Below are positions 59,911 to 64,000 of a DNA stretch of 64,000 nucleotides, in pieces. The first letter of the stretch is position 1. Each line of letters opens with the position of its first letter. The translations under genes were made by a program, and so were the position numbers. This stretch comes from Heptranchias perlo (lineage: Eukaryota): positions 2,232,001 to 2,296,000 of the forward strand of contig NC_090354.1 of assembly GCF_035084215.1 (NCBI RefSeq), written 5' to 3'. Below the pieces are notes generated by a model that made no database searches, was not told the DNA's origin, and was given only the letters and a program-made list of their open reading frames with translations.

Positions 59911-62769
59911 GTAAGCCAAGGGGGGGAAGTGAAGGCTGACTGGGAGTGGAAGCAGGTTGGGTTTTGGTCTTCAAATCTTTAGAAAGGCCAATTGATTCCT
60001 TTTTTTTGGTACCAATTCCAACCCTTCGGAACCCAGGCTGATTTTTTCATTCCCTAACCCATGAACACCAAGGCCAATTGCAACACCCAGTTCCTGCTCT
60101 CAATGAGATTGGCTAACTTGAACCTGGAACCTTCCGCTTTGCAGGACTCCCTACCACTTGAGTACAAAAGAAAGATTGTGTTACTCCTTATAATGTAGAA
60201 ACTTAATGCTGACACGGGCCTTCCATATAATTTTTTTAGCTGGCAGAGTAGTCACCGAGATGGTTTCCGTGATTGATGGTATGTTAGAGCTGAGGAATGG
60301 AACTTTCCATTTATTTGGGGCAGGGTTGATGGACCAGCTGGTCTTTTTCTGCCCGTCAATTTCATATGTTCATATTTCAGGCACTCAGGCATCAAGCAAT
60401 CCAAGTCAGGCATCACACAGCTCCCTCGGCCTCAGCCATTTTTGCTATATCCCACTGTGAGATTGCCAATTTGTGCCTGCTTTGAGCTATAAACCCATGC
60501 CCAATGGAATTGGATTGAGATTGCTGAAACTCATTTCACATAAGAGCCTTAGAGTCATCAGACGGAGAAGACTTTGGACCTTTGTCCTGGCTCGATTTGA
60601 ACCCAGGTCCCAGAGGTTAAAAGTCAGTGTTTAACTCACTGCACCACCACCAGTTCCTCCAGAATTCCATTCTCTTGATGCATTGCTCCCTGGTATGCTG
60701 CTGCAGACTATTATCCTCTGCATAAGATTTACTGAAATTACATTGATACTCCACACACTACCACACCGTATGACTGACTGACTCCCTGACCATATCACCA
60801 TTGCTCACTGTATTAGCTCACAGGGTTATTGAGCGATCCAGTAGGATGCAATGGTCATAGAATCCGGTCAACACTGTTCTATCCTCAGTCCCTGCCGGCA
60901 TAACACCCTGCTGGAACTGCAGGAGTGGAAATTACCGTTAATATTCCCACCTGCCCCATGGAATTTAGGACAAAAGGTTTTAGCTGTTTTGCAACTGAGG
61001 GTTCTTGATGGGGCCCATCATTCTTAGACGCCAAACATTTATGCAGCAACATAGGTACTGCAAGACAGGACTGCGGTATGGAGCCTGTTCCAAATGTTAG
61101 CAGCCCAACAGGCAGCGGAGAATATGTCAGGAAAATTGGGGTGAAGTAATTGCCCTGCAAACGAGCTCCAAAGTTGTCAACACATTCCCCTAGGAAGCTG
61201 GCAATCAGGCGAGGGTCAGACTCTATAGTCAACCCACTTCTCCCTCTGTATTCACATGTGTACACCTTGGCAACAACCAGCCGAGGTCCAAAGTCCCCTC
61301 AACTAACTGAACCTTTCCCCCCCGATATAACATTAACCACCTCCAGAGATGGCTTGAAAGGTTCAACCTGAGACACTTTTATTTTCTCATCATCCAACAA
61401 AACCACCTCCTTTAGTGTGAATTACCTCCCAGTGACCTCCACCTCCACTTGGAGTTGAGCAGAACCCTTGACGTTAAGTACCATGAATAATAAGTAGCTA
61501 CTGGAAGACAGGATTAATGCAGGAATAATTAGTACTTATCACTTATAGTAACAGGGCTATGCAGATGAGTCCTCAAAGAGCCAAGTTCCATAAATGCAGC
61601 CCAAATAAAGCTTCGAGTGCTCACTCTGAATCGTCCTGCAGCCGGAACCATTTTTTAAACCACTTTGTAAGTCTTTTTTAAAAAAATGTTACAAACTCCA
61701 CCAGTGGTAAATGCAGTGTCTGGGGTGGTACTGAACCACACAGTCTGTGCTCAGTTTGATATCAGTGAGGATAGTGGTGCGGTTTTACAATTGGTTTCAG
61801 CATAACTAGGCTGGGACGATGTGGGGGGCCGGGGGGAATCAGTCAAGGATCTTGCTTCTAACTCCCGTCCAGTGACTCCTGCTGCAATGTGTGTGTGTGT
61901 GTGTGTGAGCGTTGCATGAGAACACGACTGGGCTCTATTGCGATACCGGCCATGGGTGAAAGGTCCTCTGACACTTTCTAGATTCACATCTGATGAATAA
62001 GCAATTGGGTGAGTTGTGGTGGGGGTTCTGACGCCCATGAAAAATGTGCCTTAATAAGAGTTACAGCTTCGAGAAGAGAGGAAAGGGAGAAATGTGGGAT
62101 GGGGGGAACAAACTTGGCACCAAATTATTAAAACTTTCATGGTTTTTAAAATTACTATTAAAACCTATTATTCAAATAAATAAATAACCTGGGGCAGACC
62201 TATAATTATCTTCAAAGTTAAATGAAAGTTACACCACAGAATGAATAGAACATTGCAGTGAAGCAAGAAGAGTAGAGGGATAGAGCCAATTATAGCTCCA
62301 GAAAGCCAAACACACCACATCAGTAAATGGACAAACCTTGGGGCTGAACTCCATCAGCCATGATTCACAGTCATTCTGCTGACCCTTGGTGATCAAATTA
62401 AGTCGCCATTCTGTGAGGTTGTCGTGACTGGTAAGAGTGAACACCCAGCAAGATTCTGAGATCCTTATTGAACGCTCAGCCCTAATCACAATTCCATCGA
62501 GCACTCTGAAACTAGCAGGCCCATTATCCAATCCTCAGGAGTTCAATAATGGAGAGAAGATTGCTATGGTAATGCTGTTTTGCTCCAGGTTGCTTTAAGC
62601 AGACTTTGAAAATATAACAGATTGCTCTTACTTAATGACATGCTACTGACATTTAGTGGCAAAAGAACAATACCACTCAACTTTGATTCTATTTGTACTT
62701 GCCAATCTCCAATGGCGTTGCACATGGGGAGTCAAGACCAGGTGTAGTTTTCAGGTGAAGTAGGGTTAG

Positions 62770-63805
62770 AAGCATAGAACCATAGAAAAGGTACAGCACA
62801 GAAGAGGGCCATTCGGCCCATCGTGTCCACGCCGGCTCGAAGAACAACCTGGTGTCCAGTCTAATCCCACCTTCCAGCACCTGCAGCTTACAGCACTTTA
62901 GGTGCAGGTCCAGGTACTTTTTAAAAGAGTTGAGGGTCCCTGCCTCTACCACGAATTCAGGCAGCGAATTCCATACACCCACCACCCTCTGGGTAAAAAA
63001 GTTTTTCCTCATGTCCCCTCTAATCCTTCTGCCAATCAGTTTAAATCTATGTCCTCTAGTTCTTGAACTCTCCGCTAGGGGAAACAGGTACTTCCTGTCT
63101 ACTCTATTTAGGCCCCTCATAATTTTGTACACCTCAATCAAGACTCCCCTCAGCCTCCTCTGCTCCAAGGAAAACAACCCCAGCCTATCCAATCTCTCCT
63201 CGTAGCTGCAGTTTTCAAGCCCTGGCAACATTCTTGTAAATCTTCTCTGCACTCTCTCCAGAGCAATTATGTCCTTCCTGTAATGTGGTGACCAGAACTG
63301 CGCACAATACTCCAGCTGTGGCCTTACCAGTGTTTTATACAGTTCCATCATTACATCCCTGCGTTTGTATTCTGTACCTCAGCTAATAACGGAGAGCATT
63401 CCGTATGCCTTCTTCACAACCTTATCTACCTGCACTGCCACCTTCAGGGACCTGTGCACATGCATTCCAAGGTCTCTCATTTCCTCTACCCCTCTCAATA
63501 TATTCCCATTTACTGCGTATTCCCTTTTACTGTTTGCCCTCCCTAAGTGCATTACTTCACACTTCTCCAGGTTGAACTCCATTTTCCACTTTTCCGCCCA
63601 CTCCACCAACCCACTGATATCTTCTTGGAGACTACAGCTATCCTCTTCACTATCAACTACATGGCCAATTTTTGTGTCGTCTGCAAATTTGCCAATCGTG
63701 CCCCCTACATTCAAGTCCAAATCATTAATATATACCACAAACAGCAAGGGACCCAACACTGAGCCCTGTGGCACACCACTGGAAACGGATTTCCATTCAC
63801 AAAGA
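62770..63805 (-). mobile_element. Young CR1 LINE fragment, close sister of 19716-21189
   Basis: [18 protein letters not shown]...FADDTK and MMELYKTLVRPQLEYCAQFWSPH, nearly identical to the 20040-20900 translation. Confidence 0.93.
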
Positions 63806-64000
63806 TGGTGGGGAATAACTGTACCTGGGTTCAGTCCCCATTCTACAGTTATACAGGCTGGGGAGCTGGGAGATGCAAAACTCAGGTGTTACAATGCTGC
63901 CGCTGGTGGAAGGCGCAATTACAGTGTGACACGTTTACATAGGCAGTTTCCATTTTAGAAATGGACATAGGAATTAATAATGGAAAAAAAGTTGACACAA

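Noticed and set aside
60585-60650. tRNA-Lys-like sequence on the minus strand (A box, CTTTTAA loop, GTTCAAATC B box)
   Set aside because: No proper acceptor or anticodon stems; it is a SINE head, as are the other A/B-box matches.
59911-64000. KLHL10 exons 4-5
   Set aside because: No further Kelch GG-motif exon found; presumably beyond the window.

Overview
Eukaryotic DNA from a cartilaginous fish (shark-type SINE, CR1, L2, RTEX and Penelope repeats). It carries the conserved vertebrate block P3H4(-) / FKBP10(+) / NT5C3B(-) / KLHL10(+), the same order as human 17q21.2. I reconstructed the exons by hand with GT-AG boundaries and consistent phases: P3H4 exons 2-7, FKBP10 exons 5-10 (ending KDEL), all 9 coding exons of NT5C3B (298 aa) and KLHL10 coding exons 1-3 (the rest lies beyond the window). 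P3H4 exon 1 and FKBP10 exons 1-4 were not found and probably lie in the 200-N scaffold gap at 16383-16582. Most long ORFs in the track come from tandem repeats or LINE fragments. I see no evidence for a new protein-coding system. The most unusual signals are non-coding: (i) several independent minisatellites whose core units differ from their ancestral or edge units almost only by A/T->G/C changes; (ii) one 33-bp SINE segment that has expanded into arrays three times; (iii) Penelope-like insertions carrying minimal hammerhead-ribozyme motifs, one a perfect 84-bp-arm palindrome about 1 kb downstream of the P3H4 stop; (iv) a three-level nested SINE>CR1>short TG..CA insertion. Repeat family names and comparisons with human proteins are from recall, not database searches.
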